In this document: positions 44,835-59,013 of the stretch, one piece after another | Layout: every line of letters begins with the position of its first letter | How positions within the stretch are numbered: position 1 is the stretch's first letter | Translations under genes and position numbers: made by a program | The notes under the pieces: generated by a model | Told to the model about the DNA's origin: nothing | Seen by the model: the letters and a program-made list of their open reading frames with translations, nothing else | Databases searched by the model: none | Source of the DNA: Chrysomallon squamiferum | Taxonomy: Eukaryota; Animalia; Mollusca | NCBI GenBank assembly: GCA_012295275.1 | Contig: CM022671.1 | Coordinates: forward strand, 3,472,001-3,536,000 | DNA length: 64,000 nt | Direction: 5' to 3'

Positions 44835-47800
44835 ATGTCTCATCAAACAGGAATAACTGGTAGATATGTTGTTTTTTTAACTTGATTAACATACATTTTC
44901 ACGTAGAAATCGCGATTGCATTTCTTGCATCAGATATTCATTATTTTACTTCTAACAACTAATAAACAGCAATGAACTTGAATGGTAAAGTTAAGATCTT
45001 TTAATACTTTCCTTATTACGGTTCCCATAACTAAAGTACCACATAGTATGCATGCATTTCCTTATACATTTTTTAAAGAACGATTTACATTCCATTCCGT
45101 TAGTATTTGCACAAATGGTTACTTCTTTGAACTGTTGCACAAACAAACTTAACAAGTTCAACTTCAGGTGCACATTTTAACTTTAAGAGTAGTTTTAAAA
45201 TATTTTCATTTCATGCTTCTAACTAATTTTTCTGTCTTCACATGTTTGTAGATTGTTGATGAAATAAAGAGTAAAAAAAAGTATTATAGGTCACTAGTAG
45301 TAGTAATGGTGCATCAGTTTTCTCTCATGCATCTTTTCTCATTCCCATATGATTAACCCTTTGAATGACAGGAGTAGGCTTCTGTTTTCATGTCTTTGTG
45401 TATAAGTGTATCGATGACAATATGTGTTTAAGATATACTTCACAAATTAAATATTTAAAATGATAATAATAAATCAGTAGTACTGAAAAACTGTTTTTAT
45501 CTTTGTAATTAATTTATTAATTGTGACTGGTTTGTTTCAGCATCTGATGATCTCAAAAGTTTCTTTGCTCGGAGTAAGGATGGAAGTGTTCGGATGATGA
45601 AGATCGTTATTAAAAATGGTAATATTTGAAAATGTAAATATTCCCATAATTATGTCATTTCAGATGTGTGTAAATTTAAAATTACATAATAATCTATAAG
45701 ATTACGCTATCTAGTGACAGCTGTATGTTTAGTTGTTTTTTGTTTGTCCATTTGTTGTTTTATTTTGGTTGTCTTTTTGGATGTTTTTATTTATGTTTTT
45801 TTTTCTTTTTTTTTTTTCTTTCTCCCCAGACATTTAGTTGTACAACAAAATATTTTTACAGCTAAGTTCATTTAATATTAAAACTAGCTATGGTATTCTT
45901 AATGAAGTATGCCATCCTATCCTGTGAGGATGAGAAAATGTTTTAATATTTTATACAATTATTTTCTCTTTGTAGAAGAGTTAGTTCTTGAATGCAGTGA
46001 GCCCCCTGTAAGCAGCTGGGAGAAAGATATCCTTTTTTAAACCCCACCCTATAAGAACCCCATCCCACATACACTTTAAAACAACACTGAAATGTACTTC
46101 AACTGAGTCTCACTGTACCACCCACAATATATTCAGATTATTCTTACATTCAGCAAATACATTCAATGACAACTACATAAAGAACTATTTTTTATAAATT
46201 TTTGAAAAATGAAAAAAAAAACGTTTTCTGTCATTCACATCTGTTGTACCACATTAAAATTATTCTACTGTATCATACATTTTATTTTTAAAATTTATTA
46301 TTTCATAAAATTTATGCAGATTTTTTTTGTAGAGGATTTTCTGCTAACTGCACAGTTGAAAATAGTTCTTATCAGGGCAGATATATTATTTATAAATTGA
46401 TTTTCACAGAAACTTGGATAAATTTGTTAGTGGTGAATAATTTAACATTGTTATTGGTGACAGCTGTATTTAACCACTTTTAGAATGTATAATGTTTGCT
46501 GTTACTGACATACCATTATTATTATTATTTAATATTGGGATAGCAATCTTAAAAAAAAAATAGCTTCACGATGGGTATATATAATTCCTGAAATGGATCA
46601 TTTCAGAGTATAAAGTAAAAATCAAAACTGAATATTGCTTGTATAAGATAGGGAAAACAATACTGATCACAATTTCCCAGTGATCTGTTTTCAAGTTAGC
46701 TGTTGATTTTAGTAAATTCCACTGTAACATATTTGGATTATATAGCTTAGCAGACAGTTTAAACAAAAAATCAAATAACAATTATGATTCTAAACTGAAA
46801 TCCAAAATATTAATTTATTTCAACATTTCATTATTATTTTCATTTGCTTATACGTGTACAACAGGCGTCAATTATAGAATATTAATTTCAGGATTTTTTC
46901 ACTACATTTTCCAGTTAAAATTACGAAAATTAGTTTAAATGTAACATCTTTCTGTTGTAAAAGATTTAATTTATTTCAGGATTTTATACATTTGCTTGTG
47001 TATTAGGGTTACTGTTTGTTTTGCTTAACTTGCTCACATTATGACAAACTGATTTTGAAACAACTGGAAGACAAACAGCCATGTTACATCCTCTACAGAA
47101 TGGATGAACACACTCCACAGGGATATGAATGGATCTATCTGGCTTGGTCTCCTGACTTTTCACCTGTAAGTCTTACCTGTAATTAGTTTTCAGTGATATT
47201 GTTGTTAAATTACCTTCATCATCTGTAAGTAAATTGTTGATACAATTTCTCTAAGATGTGTCTTATCTGTGTATATTTGCCACTTAAATATATTTTAATA
47301 CCCTTATTTATTGATTCTTAATTAGTGATTTGGCCATTTGCACGAATTAGAGCCCAGAAGGTCATGAGTTACAAATTTAAGTGCCTCACATATGCAAAAA
47401 AAATAATAATATTAAATAAGTAACTAACTAATTCTGGGTAAGAATAATGCAAATTTATTTACTTAAATTATTAACACAGACAGCTGTAAACAAGATTATG
47501 GTCCAACATGCCACAAACTAAGCTGTAATTCTTACAAAAAAAAAAAAACCTTCAAGTAAAATCTGAGAATAAATAGTGCAATGATTTGGGACAGAAATCC
47601 TTTAAAGTCCAATTCTGATTACATATTTTATTTCTTGTTTTGTTTTTTAAAGGTTAAACAGAAAATGTTGTATGCTGCTACAAGGGCCACACTTAAGAAG
47701 GAATTTGGAGGAGGTCAGATCAAACAAGAACTGCATGGTACAGTAAAGGTAAAAAAAAAAAAAGACAGCTTCCTCTCTACTCCTTTCTATTCATTATTTT

Positions 47801-49684
47801 TTTTATCAATATCTGAATCATAAAACATTATTTTAACTCATGTATAATTATTCTTAAATAACCATGTTTTGATGCTAACAAGAGTGGTCTGTACTGTTTC
47901 TCAGAATAAAAATTAATACCAAACATATACTTTCATTTTCATATTTTTAATATCCATAAATTATTATTATATTGCTCTGTGTTTAGCTAAAAGAATAAAT
48001 GGATGTTTAATGATATCCAATGTTTAAAAGTAAGTTATTTATGTCAGGCTAGTACTAGATAATTATAAGGCAAAGCCTGTTAAGAAATTTTAGATTACTG
48101 AGAAAGTAAAACTGTGTTTTCTGTTGTACACCTTAATAATTTGTATGTTCAAAGCATAAAAATATTCGTTTTTGATTTTATTGTATATATAGCAGTAATT
48201 TATTATTTACATACCTGATTCTAATTTGGTGAGGAATAATACCCATTTTCTAAATGGTCTCTGTTATTCTCTTCTAGGATGACATCAGCTTCAAAGGTTA
48301 CCTCAAACACATCGAGTCTCAGAATGCCCCAGCTCCTCTCACTAATCAAGAAGAAGAACTTGACATTATAAAGAAAACAGAGGTAGTTGTCTAGAAAATC
48401 ATTTCATTGTTTTTATGTTTTAAATACGTAAATACATGTACTTATATATTATTTCATTATTTTGTTTTTTACATGTTTATGCTATCTGCCAAATAATTTC
48501 ATCTATAATTTTATATTTTACACATTTTCACAGAAATAGTAAATCATTTCTTTACTTATTTCTTATGCTATTGTGTTTATAAAGTTATAAATTACAAGAA
48601 AATCATGTCATTAGAAAATCATGTCAGTTTTATCTGTTTACATAGAGATAAAGATATAGAAAATGCTTTTGTAAGATATTTTTTAAGTTATCTGATTATG
48701 GGGAAATAATGTCAACATTGTTCATTCGTTTCTTTTGGGTATTATATTAGTTTTGTTTTTTCATTAAGAATAACAGAAACAGCCCTAATTACTTTATAAA
48801 TTTAAACCAGGGCAAACAATTTAGCCTAGGGCTTCTTGGTTTCACACTTTCTTGGGGAATGGTGGGTTACAAGATCTGCTCTTCTTAGTGTATCAAATAG
48901 TCTGTATCCCTTGGTTATAGTATGTGCTTTCCCATCTATAGTAAGGTAGACATAAAATATTATTTACATTTGAATGCTTGATGACAATCCTATATGATTG
49001 TAAGATGCATTTTTTTTTTACAATTATCATGGGATGAATAGCTACTTTAAAAAAAAAAAAAAATTATTGTTTCTTTAATAATAATTTTAAATATGAAAAC
49101 TTCATTCTTTTTTCTTTTCCTTTTGTTATTTATTCGTATTTTTTAATAATAAAGATATCTAGCTAAGGATGGGTTATTTACAGTTTTTATGTTTTGTTTA
49201 TCAGGAAGCTATGTTGCGGGATTTGGTAAAAAGCCTTAGCTCTATGCATCGTGGTGTGTGTTGTTCTATGTACGAGACTTGAAACACATTTTACTGTTGT
49301 GTTCAGATATTTAGTGTAGTAGGTGATCTTGAGACTCCCAACATCACCTCTCAACAGAAAACATTTCTTTATTGTTGTGTGTTTATAACTAGCAGTATGG
49401 AAGTTTAGCATATGTGTGGCCGTTGTTCAACTCACTGAAAAATCTAAAGATTTGTTTCGACTGTTAATATGTTTTAACTTACAAAAATGCTTTTAATTTT
49501 GCTTATTAAACGTGTATTTCTTTTTTATCATTAAAAAATATAAAACTTATAAAATTATATTAATATTTTTATAACAGATCGATAGAATAATTATGTATAG
49601 AGTATCTGATTATTATATAAATATATTCAGATGAATACATATGACGTATATTTCATGCAGAAAGGTCATATTTTTTAAAGTCTG

Positions 49685-49746
<62 letters not shown>

Positions 49747-52088
49747 TTTGGTAAAAAACAGTATTTTTATCAATATTCTTAAGAATATAATAACATGCAG
49801 TTTGTATTTGAGACATTACAGAATCAGTTGACAATAACAGCGAAATTTCTCTTTCAATGTTTTTTTCAAAAGAAACATCTTGTTTGTTCAAAACTTTTTT
49901 ATGTTGATTAACATTAATTGATATCATTAAAAATTAATTAATGTTAATTGGCATGATATATTTTTATTATTGCTGTTATCTTTAAAACAGTTAAACAACA
50001 AAGCTAACAAAATATTTTGTTTTTGAAATGTTTTTCTCCCTTTTTTTTCTGTTCTTAAGACAACCCATTACTATAAAATTTTAGTGTCCATATTAACTAA
50101 TAAAACATCTCTAACTGTTACTTTCTATTAACAAATGCATGGAGTTTTCTCATTGTCTGGTAGATTTTTAAACTTCTCAAAAATTATTATTCTTTCCAAA
50201 ATGTGTTTATTTCTTTACCAAATAGATTTAGAAATTTGGAAAATGAAAAAAAAAAAAAAAAAAAAAAAAAACAAGAACAAATACTTTTGTAATTCAGCAT
50301 TTATTTTTTATTTAAATTTTAATAATTTATAATTTTTTTTATTAATTTCATTAATTTATAAAATTAGCTTTTGTTCTTTATTGTTTTATACTAAATAATT
50401 AGTTATATTTAAATTCCTTGCACAAGGTGAGTGGGTTTCATAACTTTTAGATGTATGTGATGAACTTCTAAAATTAAAATTACTTTTTCAAGGTCCATGC
50501 TGAGATTAATGTTGGGTCAAAACACCAGACAATGCAGGGTGTGGCATTTCCTGTGTCTGAGGAAGCATGGGAAAAACTTCAACAGCTCAGAGATGGTCAA
50601 ATTTCTTATGTACAGTTGGTAAGAAAGGGGAGATAATTATATCATCCTTTTTTCATATATAGTTTTAAATTAAAGGCTTTTTTAAAATATTATTATTCTT
50701 CATGAATAAAATTAATTTAAATTACCTAATCTGATTTATTTGCATTTGCAAATATTAATAAATTAAATATATAAAGGTAAATGAAATGAGTTTTCAACAT
50801 TATGCATCTTTGGTAAATCAATTTAGCAGTGTAATAATATATGTTTGCAATATTTTAATGGATTCAAATTTGACCATTTGCTGTAAGGAACCACAAACGT
50901 AAACAAAAGAACACAATAGAAATTGCTAAGTAAGCTTGATTTAAATTTCTCAAAATTATTTTCTTCCTCTTTATCTCATTACTTATTATTATTATTGATT
51001 TATTTTGTATTTCAGAGTCTTGATCTGAAGAATGAGGTTGTGAATTTAGAAATGGCAGAAAATATTAAAGTGGGTAGTCTTCCCTCCAAGGTTCCGAAAG
51101 ACCATGCACGATACCATTTGTTTACTTTCAAACACACACACGAAGGAGACTACATGGAAAGTATAGGTAAAATATTTCGATATTAAACAGAGTTTTGTAT
51201 TTCTAATTTTATCTATAAATAACTATATCGAGGCTTGGTTAAACTAAACAGATATTTTTTATTTGCTGTAAAACACGAGAGCTAAATTTCCTATCAGTTA
51301 CATCTGTCATTAAATTAATTAATAAAGATTTATACAGTTACAGTTTTTACATTTAAAAAAAATTAATAATAGTGTTTTGGAAAGCAGTAATGGGAGATCA
51401 CTCTATTTGTGCTAAATCTACATTACACAATGACAGTTATTCTTATTACTGTTACTCTAAATGTTTTTACTGCACTGTTTTCTTTTTTTCTTTATGGTCA
51501 TCTCTGTAACTGTTAGAGGTTAAGAGAAATATCTGTTTTATTGCAGTGTTCATCTATTCAATGCCTGGTTATAAGTGTTCAGTTAAAGAGAGGATGCTGT
51601 ATTCCAGCTGTAAAGCACCATTAACCTCAGCAATAGAACAAGAGTTAGGAATAGAAATTGCAAAAAAGGTACAATTTGATTTTCCAAAAATTATTATTAT
51701 TTTATTAGTATTATTGTTTTTATTATCGATTAGTCTCCACAATATTTTATCTTTCTGCACCCGTCATTCTCTTAATAATTTTTAATCACTTTTATAAAGA
51801 TCTTTATTTCTATGCCTTTCTTTCAAATAAGAATATTTTTTTCTGCAATTAAAAATATATTGATTTACCTAATAAAAGTATCAGTCTGGTGTAGATAAAT
51901 TCTGGTATTTATTACTTTATTTACAGATTGAAATAGATGATGGTAAAGAATTAACAGAAAAATTTCTAGATGAAGAAATTCACCCAAGAAAAAACGTTGC
52001 TCGTCAAGCGTTTGCTAAACCTAAAGGACCTTCTAACCGAGGTCCACGCAGGATACACAAAGGAGGACAGGAAACAGATCATTCTTAA
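44835..52088 (+). CDS. TWF1: Twinfilin (two ADF-H domains); exons 44835-44859, 45541-45618, 45976-46026, 47038-47165, 47653-47748, 48278-48382, 50493-50618, 51016-51166, 51547-51668, 51927-52088
   Basis: MSHQTGI start, [61 protein letters not shown] and C-tail [14 protein letters not shown]. The frame is continuous over all junctions. Confidence 0.96.
46027..47037 (+). other. U12-type (minor spliceosome) AT-AC intron in twinfilin
   Basis: 5' end ATATCCTTTT, branch point TTGCTTAAC at 47021-47029, 3' end CAC. Removal joins GAG AAA G|AT TAT GAC (WEKDYD) in frame. Confidence 0.93.
49205..49225 (+). CDS. Candidate 21-nt in-frame alternative microexon of twinfilin (EAMLRDL)
   Basis: ttttgtttatcag|GAAGCTATGTTGCGGGATTTG|gtaaaa inside a phase-0 intron. 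Confidence 0.5.
49687..49743. repeat. (GT)n microsatellite
   Basis: Directly visible. Confidence 0.95.
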
Positions 52089-53506
52089 AAAGAATATTCT
52101 GCTATTTTTGTTTATTTTTAGCTGCTGATATTGAAGTCAGAACAATTTGCAATATAGAAAAATGTACAGCCCTTGTTTTATGAGAGACAGATTTGGAAAA
52201 TGTGATATATTTTGTGTAGAATGATATTTTAAAGTATATTTATAATAGATAAAAGTATTTTAATAAATCTGGTTTCCAAAGCTTTTTTTTTTATTATTTT
52301 GCTTCAGATTCATTTTTAAACCTTTTTTGATTATTATTTTCATAAAAGAAAAATAAATGCTTTTTTTTTTTAAATATTTAATTTCCATCTAATTACTTTT
52401 GTTATGAATTTAGTTGCTCAAGATATAACTTCTTTATCGTTTTTAATAAAATTTGTTAAAATATATTTTTTATTATTAATATCCTCAGTGTTCATTAATA
52501 AATGGAAATCTTTTTATGATGAGTAAACATTGGTATGTTAGATGTGCAAAGAATAATCATTTCTGTTTCCTGCCTTAATACATCTCAGATTTAATACTGA
52601 TGACATTCTTTCATCTCGGGTTTCTTATTTTCTGGGGTGTTACTGAAGTTTTTTTTAAAGATTTTGGAATCCCATGATCTACACATTTAATTATCTTTAT
52701 TTTAGGTGAAATAAATCAAAATGAAAGAAAAAACAAAGAAAAAATAAAAATAAAAATTTTGAAACAGTGTATGAGGTTACAAAATGAAATAACTGTAATT
52801 TTTCCTAAACTTAATTTGTTTATTGATTGAAAAAAATACATATTGGTTGATTTTATATCCATTACAGTCAGTATTACTAATTAGTGAACAAGTTTTAAAA
52901 ATAAAATGATACTTTCCTGTACATCTACTTTTAAAATTATTCCTTAATTACAAATATCTGTCATTTTGAGTTAAAGTTTCTTTTTATGTTAATCAGCATC
53001 AGTTTCATTTGATTTCTACACTGACCAGAAATATCTTGTCCTGAATTTTAAAATTATTTTATTGTAACCTTTCTAGATGAGTATTAATTACGTAAAAAGA
53101 AAAGAGAGAAAAAAGAAATGTATATGACACTTAAACACAGTAAATGAAGCTAAACCATACAGTTCAATATTCTCTGTAGAAATTTCATGGCTGACATAGC
53201 CATCATTATGTTACCAGTTTAAGTAAATAATTTTTTGTATTCAGGATTGACATGCTCTATTTTTTCTTCCTCATTCAAGTCATAAATATGTGATGAGACC
53301 TCTGAAAGGTTAATACCAGACTCTTCTGCATCAACACATTCTTATTTCAAACAGCATTCTATCCCACACAATCATTTTTACAGTTAACTGAATCATTGCA
53401 ATCCCTTCCGTCCAATGAATTATGGAATCATACTGAATAAGGTGATAAAAACTTGATCAACTTGTTAATTTCTTCTTTTTTAAAAGTTCAAATTGTGTTG
53501 GTATGC

Positions 53507-53541
<35 letters not shown>

Positions 53542-56500
53542 TTATTATTATTATTATTATTATTATTATGAATATTTTAATATACATAAAGCATACTAAT
53601 TCAACTATTTTAAGTGCCTATTCTTTTTAGCATACCAGATGATTTATATAAACACTGTCAAGAACACAACAGGAGATTATCTTTCTGTCTAGTCCCAGAA
53701 TTCAACTTTTGTGTTAAATCATTATTTGAAACTTAGGTTTATCATTTCTTGTCCTACCTAATTATATGATTGAATAATTAATATGTTTTTCAGTTACTAA
53801 TCTGGCTCAATTTTTATGTGCATTTTTTGTTATTTTAATTTTTTTTCAGTTACACTACTTTATGAGTTAATTCCATATATTTCTTAGAAAACTGTTCAGG
53901 TCTGCTTATTATGGGCACAATCTCTGCCTTTGTCAGAGTTCTGTATTTTATTTATTTTTTAAATTAAATATTTTATATTGGTTATTTGTCTTTGCCCATA
54001 ACAGGTAAAAATAAGGAATCAAAACAATTTTTATGTATTAAAACAAAATCATTTGGCCACAGTTTGTAAGACAGATCATGAAAACATGAAAGAAGATATA
54101 TTTTATTTATATTATTTAAAAATTCATTAGCTGTAAGTAAACTGTTCTTTATTAAAACAAATTAAGAAATATAAAATGAGAAATATGTTCTACTAATGCA
54201 TTTTTGATTTTTGTTTTTTTAATTGTTCAGATTCAAGTAAATATTTTTTTTTTTTTATAAAACTAGGCCTTTTTAAAAAATAAATTTATTTGTTAACTGA
54301 AAAAAATATTTTTCTTTCAAACTTTAATGTTTTTGTATGAAAATGTTGTTACATACTAACATTCCTAGCCTAACTAACCTCAGTACATTTTGTCGTATAC
54401 CTATTTATGATGGTGAAGGTGGAGATACAAGTTGTGACAAAAAAGGAACAAATTATTTTTATACAGTTGACAGTTTTTGTACTGATGTTCCACAAAATAT
54501 ATTCAAGTGAATAAAATCCTTAATAAAAGTATTAATTGAAAGTCATATCAATACACTGCACATAAATGGATAGAGATAAAAATAATTTTATCATTTTTGT
54601 CACATTCGTGTAAAACTTCAAGTACTTAAGTTCACTGTTAAAATAAGATTGTGATTTATAATTTAAATTCATTTTGTTGAAATGTTTATGTTGTGTAGTA
54701 AATAGCATATGTTGAAAGTGGTTTGGTTAATACTAGTTTACAATGATTGTGAAGATAGTTTGTATAGTTTTTATTTTGGTGAGGTCTATATTGGTGATGG
54801 TAAAGATATTTGTGAAATAGTAGTAAAAAAAACATTTGGATAAACACCTATTTTGCAACCATTCACAGAAATAGTATGTTTTGGCAACATTAAACACCAG
54901 TTTGCTGATATTATTTAATAATGTTTCAATAACTTTAATTTAAAGAGTATATTTTGAAAATAATATACTTCACCAATGATCAGGATTTTTGATCTAGACT
55001 ACTGTGATGGTAAAAATGTTTTTATAGTAAACATTTGCATAGAGAGACGTCAAGGATAAAATAAGCATTTGTTTATTATGATAATATATCAGTTTATTAA
55101 TATTGTGTAAACATTTGTTTACTATCATAATATTTTGCTAAACATGAATTTAGAGTTTTGAATTATAAAATACTTAATAATAAATTTGTTCAAATTTTAA
55201 GAATGATAATCATGACAATGTCTAGACAAATATAATTACTTGTGGTAAGACAGTATTGAATAAAATAGTCCACATGACAGATTTATCTATATGTGGTTAT
55301 TTTATTTTGATATTTCCTTAGTAATGAAACGTTTCATGCAGAAATAACCCATCACTATTTAATTATCCATTATTAGCTCACAACATAAGATATTCACCAT
55401 TGTTTGAAATTTTTGGATTTAATATTAGCTACATAAGCTCTAATTTCAGATAACTTTTCAATTTACACTAAAAAACCTGGGATAGTTTTATATTTTGGCA
55501 TTTACTAACACGTTTATATTTTCTACAGAATAATTTTTTTTTTACTTTGTGAACTTTGTTGACGATTAAACTAGTTTAACTTGATAATCTAAATGAAAAC
55601 TTAAAGTACTATTACTAAGTATTTATGAAATACGCTGAAATAATCTGATCATTGAAAAACAAATATAATATTTGTATGATTTCCTGAATGTTATACAGGG
55701 TTTTTGTATGTGTGTCTGTGTGTATGGTGGATATTGTAAATACTTCAAAACAATAACATATTAAGCCTGAGGCAAGCCTCTAATTATTAAATGTTTAATG
55801 AATCTAAAACATTTGATATTAAAGATTATTACGTTGTCACATACATGGTAACAATTATTAACAGTTTATCATATAATTTTTGTATAATGATGATGTGAAA
55901 TAGAAAACTTAAAGATGCACATGAGCTACTTTAATCAATTAGCACAAAATAATTTGTTCAGCCTTTCACATATACACTGTGAAGCATTGGTTGGGATATA
56001 AAATATCTCACAGAAATAAGTCTGTGAGTGTCAACATATTAACCAATGGATGATGTACATTTGCCTACATTTATTAATCATGAAAAAGTAAAATGATAAA
56101 TAATAAAAACAAGTAAATTTTAAATATATATATATATATATATAAAATAAAGCAAGAGAGAGAAAAGAAACCTTTAATAATAATATTTTTGACTGTTTTC
56201 TTAGAAATGTTTGTAAATGTCTGGTATCTGATAAAAGTGTATCCATATAGATATAATAAATAGCCTAAATACATTTTGTACAATTAATATTGTTACTGGA
56301 GACCATTGGTAAATGTAAAGTATGACAGTACACATTAATGATCAAGTTAAATAAACTACAGTATAAATACTTCCAGTGTTGATAACTTTGTCATTTTAAT
56401 TTTATTTCATTTTATTTCATTTCATTTATTAATTTTTTTTTTTTTTTTTTAATGTTTGTTTGTTTCTTCGAAACATGTCACTTTATGAGCAGAAAAACAA

Positions 56501-57162
56501 AGAAAAATGACAACAGTATTAGTGTTGTACTTTATTATTAACAAAGAATGGTCTGTAGTAACAATGTCTTGAAACATATGTATCAGGCTTTATAAGTTCT
56601 ATAACGGGCAGACAAACAAGTATTTTTCACAATTTTTGCAGATGAAATGTCAGAAATAAAGTACTTAAAAGTAAAGGTTAATCTCTTACTGGCATTGAAC
56701 ACTAAATTTTTCAGGTTGGAGAAATCTATGTTAATACATGTAGTAGGATTGTTTTGCCTTGCTGTTTTTGTTTTGCTTTCAAAGCTAAGATAAAATATTA
56801 AAAACCATAACATGATGTTATACTGTATATAAGTTACATCAGTATTTGTTGATTAAGTTTTAATATATTTCAGAATAAACATTTTGAAATGATTTGTTTT
56901 GGGGTTTTTTTTCTAAATTAATTATTATGGGCTGTTTTAATACGCTTGTATTCATTGAAAATAAGCCTATAATAAAACAGACAGAAAGTACAGGCTACAA
57001 AGGGAAATAACCCTGTGTATAAGTAAAGTAGTTTTCTTTTTATTATTTGAATCATTAACAATCTGATTTAGCTTCATTTTATTTTGTAACATTGTATTTT
57101 ACAATAACAGTAAAAATAATAATAATATTGTCATTATTTATGTTATTTATTTTTTAAATATC

Positions 57163-57222
<60 letters not shown>

Positions 57223-57229
57223 CTAAAAG

Positions 57230-57610
57230 ATGTATTTGGGACATTCATAGCTTCACCCAGAATTCATTTTTCAAGAACATGTTCTGTATTATCCACTCTT
57301 CAAGCAGGTGTATCATCACTCACCAGGTGATTGATTCACTGCCACTGCATTCAAGGTACAGAGTGGCTTTTCAAGGAGCCTTGGAAATGGTAAGGAATAA
57401 TCAAGGGCTGCCTGTCCTGCCAAATGTGAGTGTCCCATTCTAATATTTAAACACCTCAACATTCATAAACGAGTTTAAAATTTTGGGTCATGAAGTACAG
57501 AGAACCCCCATCCCAACACCTCGAACTGACGTCGCTTCTCCGACGTTGGAGCGCGGACGTCACAGAAAGCACCTTAGCCTGTCCGTGAAATAAAGTCTCC
57601 ATCATGGAAT
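57230..57610. other. GC-enriched island upstream of DENND6: promoter element and/or structured non-coding RNA
   Basis: Much higher GC/CpG than the flanks. Inverted repeats gggacatt(57238)/gtgtccc(57430) and tgacgtc...gacgtca(57527-57562). Confidence 0.35.
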
Positions 57611-58247
57611 TGTCTTTTTGTCTTCGAATCGTTTCCGTTTTAAATATTAATAATGTGACACTACTCCAAAACCTGTATACGTCCATATTTTTGTCATAAC
57701 TTGATCACTATTCATCGTTGTGAATGCTTGGTAGTATAGTTTGACTGTATTTACAACAGCCTTTGCTAAAAAAATTAAATTGACGAACTCGAAATTTTTT
57801 TTCTTCGAAATTTAACGAAAAAAACTATTACATTATTTTTAAGAAATACTGCAAATAATAACAACAACAACAACAAAACAACAAATTTAAATAAAACAAT
57901 AATAATAATAAACTACAAAACAACAAAAACAACTACTACTTAACGAAATGTAAAGCATAGAGACATGATTATGCTGTTATTAAATTCTTAATTTTCTAGG
58001 GACAAAACAACAACAACAAAAAAATATTAAATTAATTACTAATTAGTTATATACATAATTTTTTACTTTCATAATAAAGTTTTTGGCTATTTTATTTAAA
58101 TACATATATTTTTAAAATGTTCGTTCTCTCATAAAAACAAATAAACAACAGAAGAAAGAATAATAAAATATTTAAAATTAAAACACGTCAGTGGCTGCGG
58201 TGTCGTTTAAATTAGGGAGGAAAAAAGGAAGCAAAAGAAGAATCAAC

Positions 58248-58972
58248 ATGGAGGAGGAATCGACAGATGAATCGGGAATTCTGAACAAAAATTCGGAAGA
58301 TGGAATGCACAATTCCTTGCTACCTTGGGACTTATTTTCAAACTGGTTACATTGTGCCTGTGTTGTCACATTTGATCTTGAGCTCGGTCAAGCGATGGAG
58401 GTAAATGATATATTTTATGTATTGTTTAAAACAAAGTTAGTAACGAATGTAAATCTACTAAATGTTTAGATTAGTCGATCTCCGAATTACTGCAATCAGT
58501 CACCGAAATCGTATCAAAAAAATAAAATAAATACAAAATAAAAAATTAAAATAAAAAATGTATTAAAAGTAGTCATTAATTGTTTAGATCTGCGATACTG
58601 CCAGTATTTTTGAAGATAGAAAATCGAATAGATAGCAGAATTATTCAGTAGGTAGAATACACACTACACAGCACAGATTCTTTAATTTTACGTTTTCGGC
58701 TTAATCACAGTGACATACAAATCTGAAGCTTTGGTATAAAAATGAATAATTATTGTAATTTTTTAAATAAAAGTTGAAAATTCTTTAAAAAGTTTATATT
58801 GTACAAAACTATATTTTGAATATACATTAACAACCATCAATTTTTTGTTTTATGACAATGTTATTATTTTTATTAATATTATTATAAATCATAATGGTGA
58901 TCAGATATTCACTTTTTAATATGCCATTAGTTTCAATTTCAAATCTATACAGGATTTTGCAGTATGTATGTA

Positions 58973-59013
<41 letters not shown>

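Noticed and set aside
57376-57490. Functional U12 snRNA or telomerase RNA gene
   Set aside because: The U12 similarity needs many gaps and lacks the expected stem and Sm-site spacing. No CTAACCCTAA-type template was found.
57456-57686. 76-aa minus-strand ORF
   Set aside because: No recognisable domain or splice context; expected by chance in a GC-richer patch.
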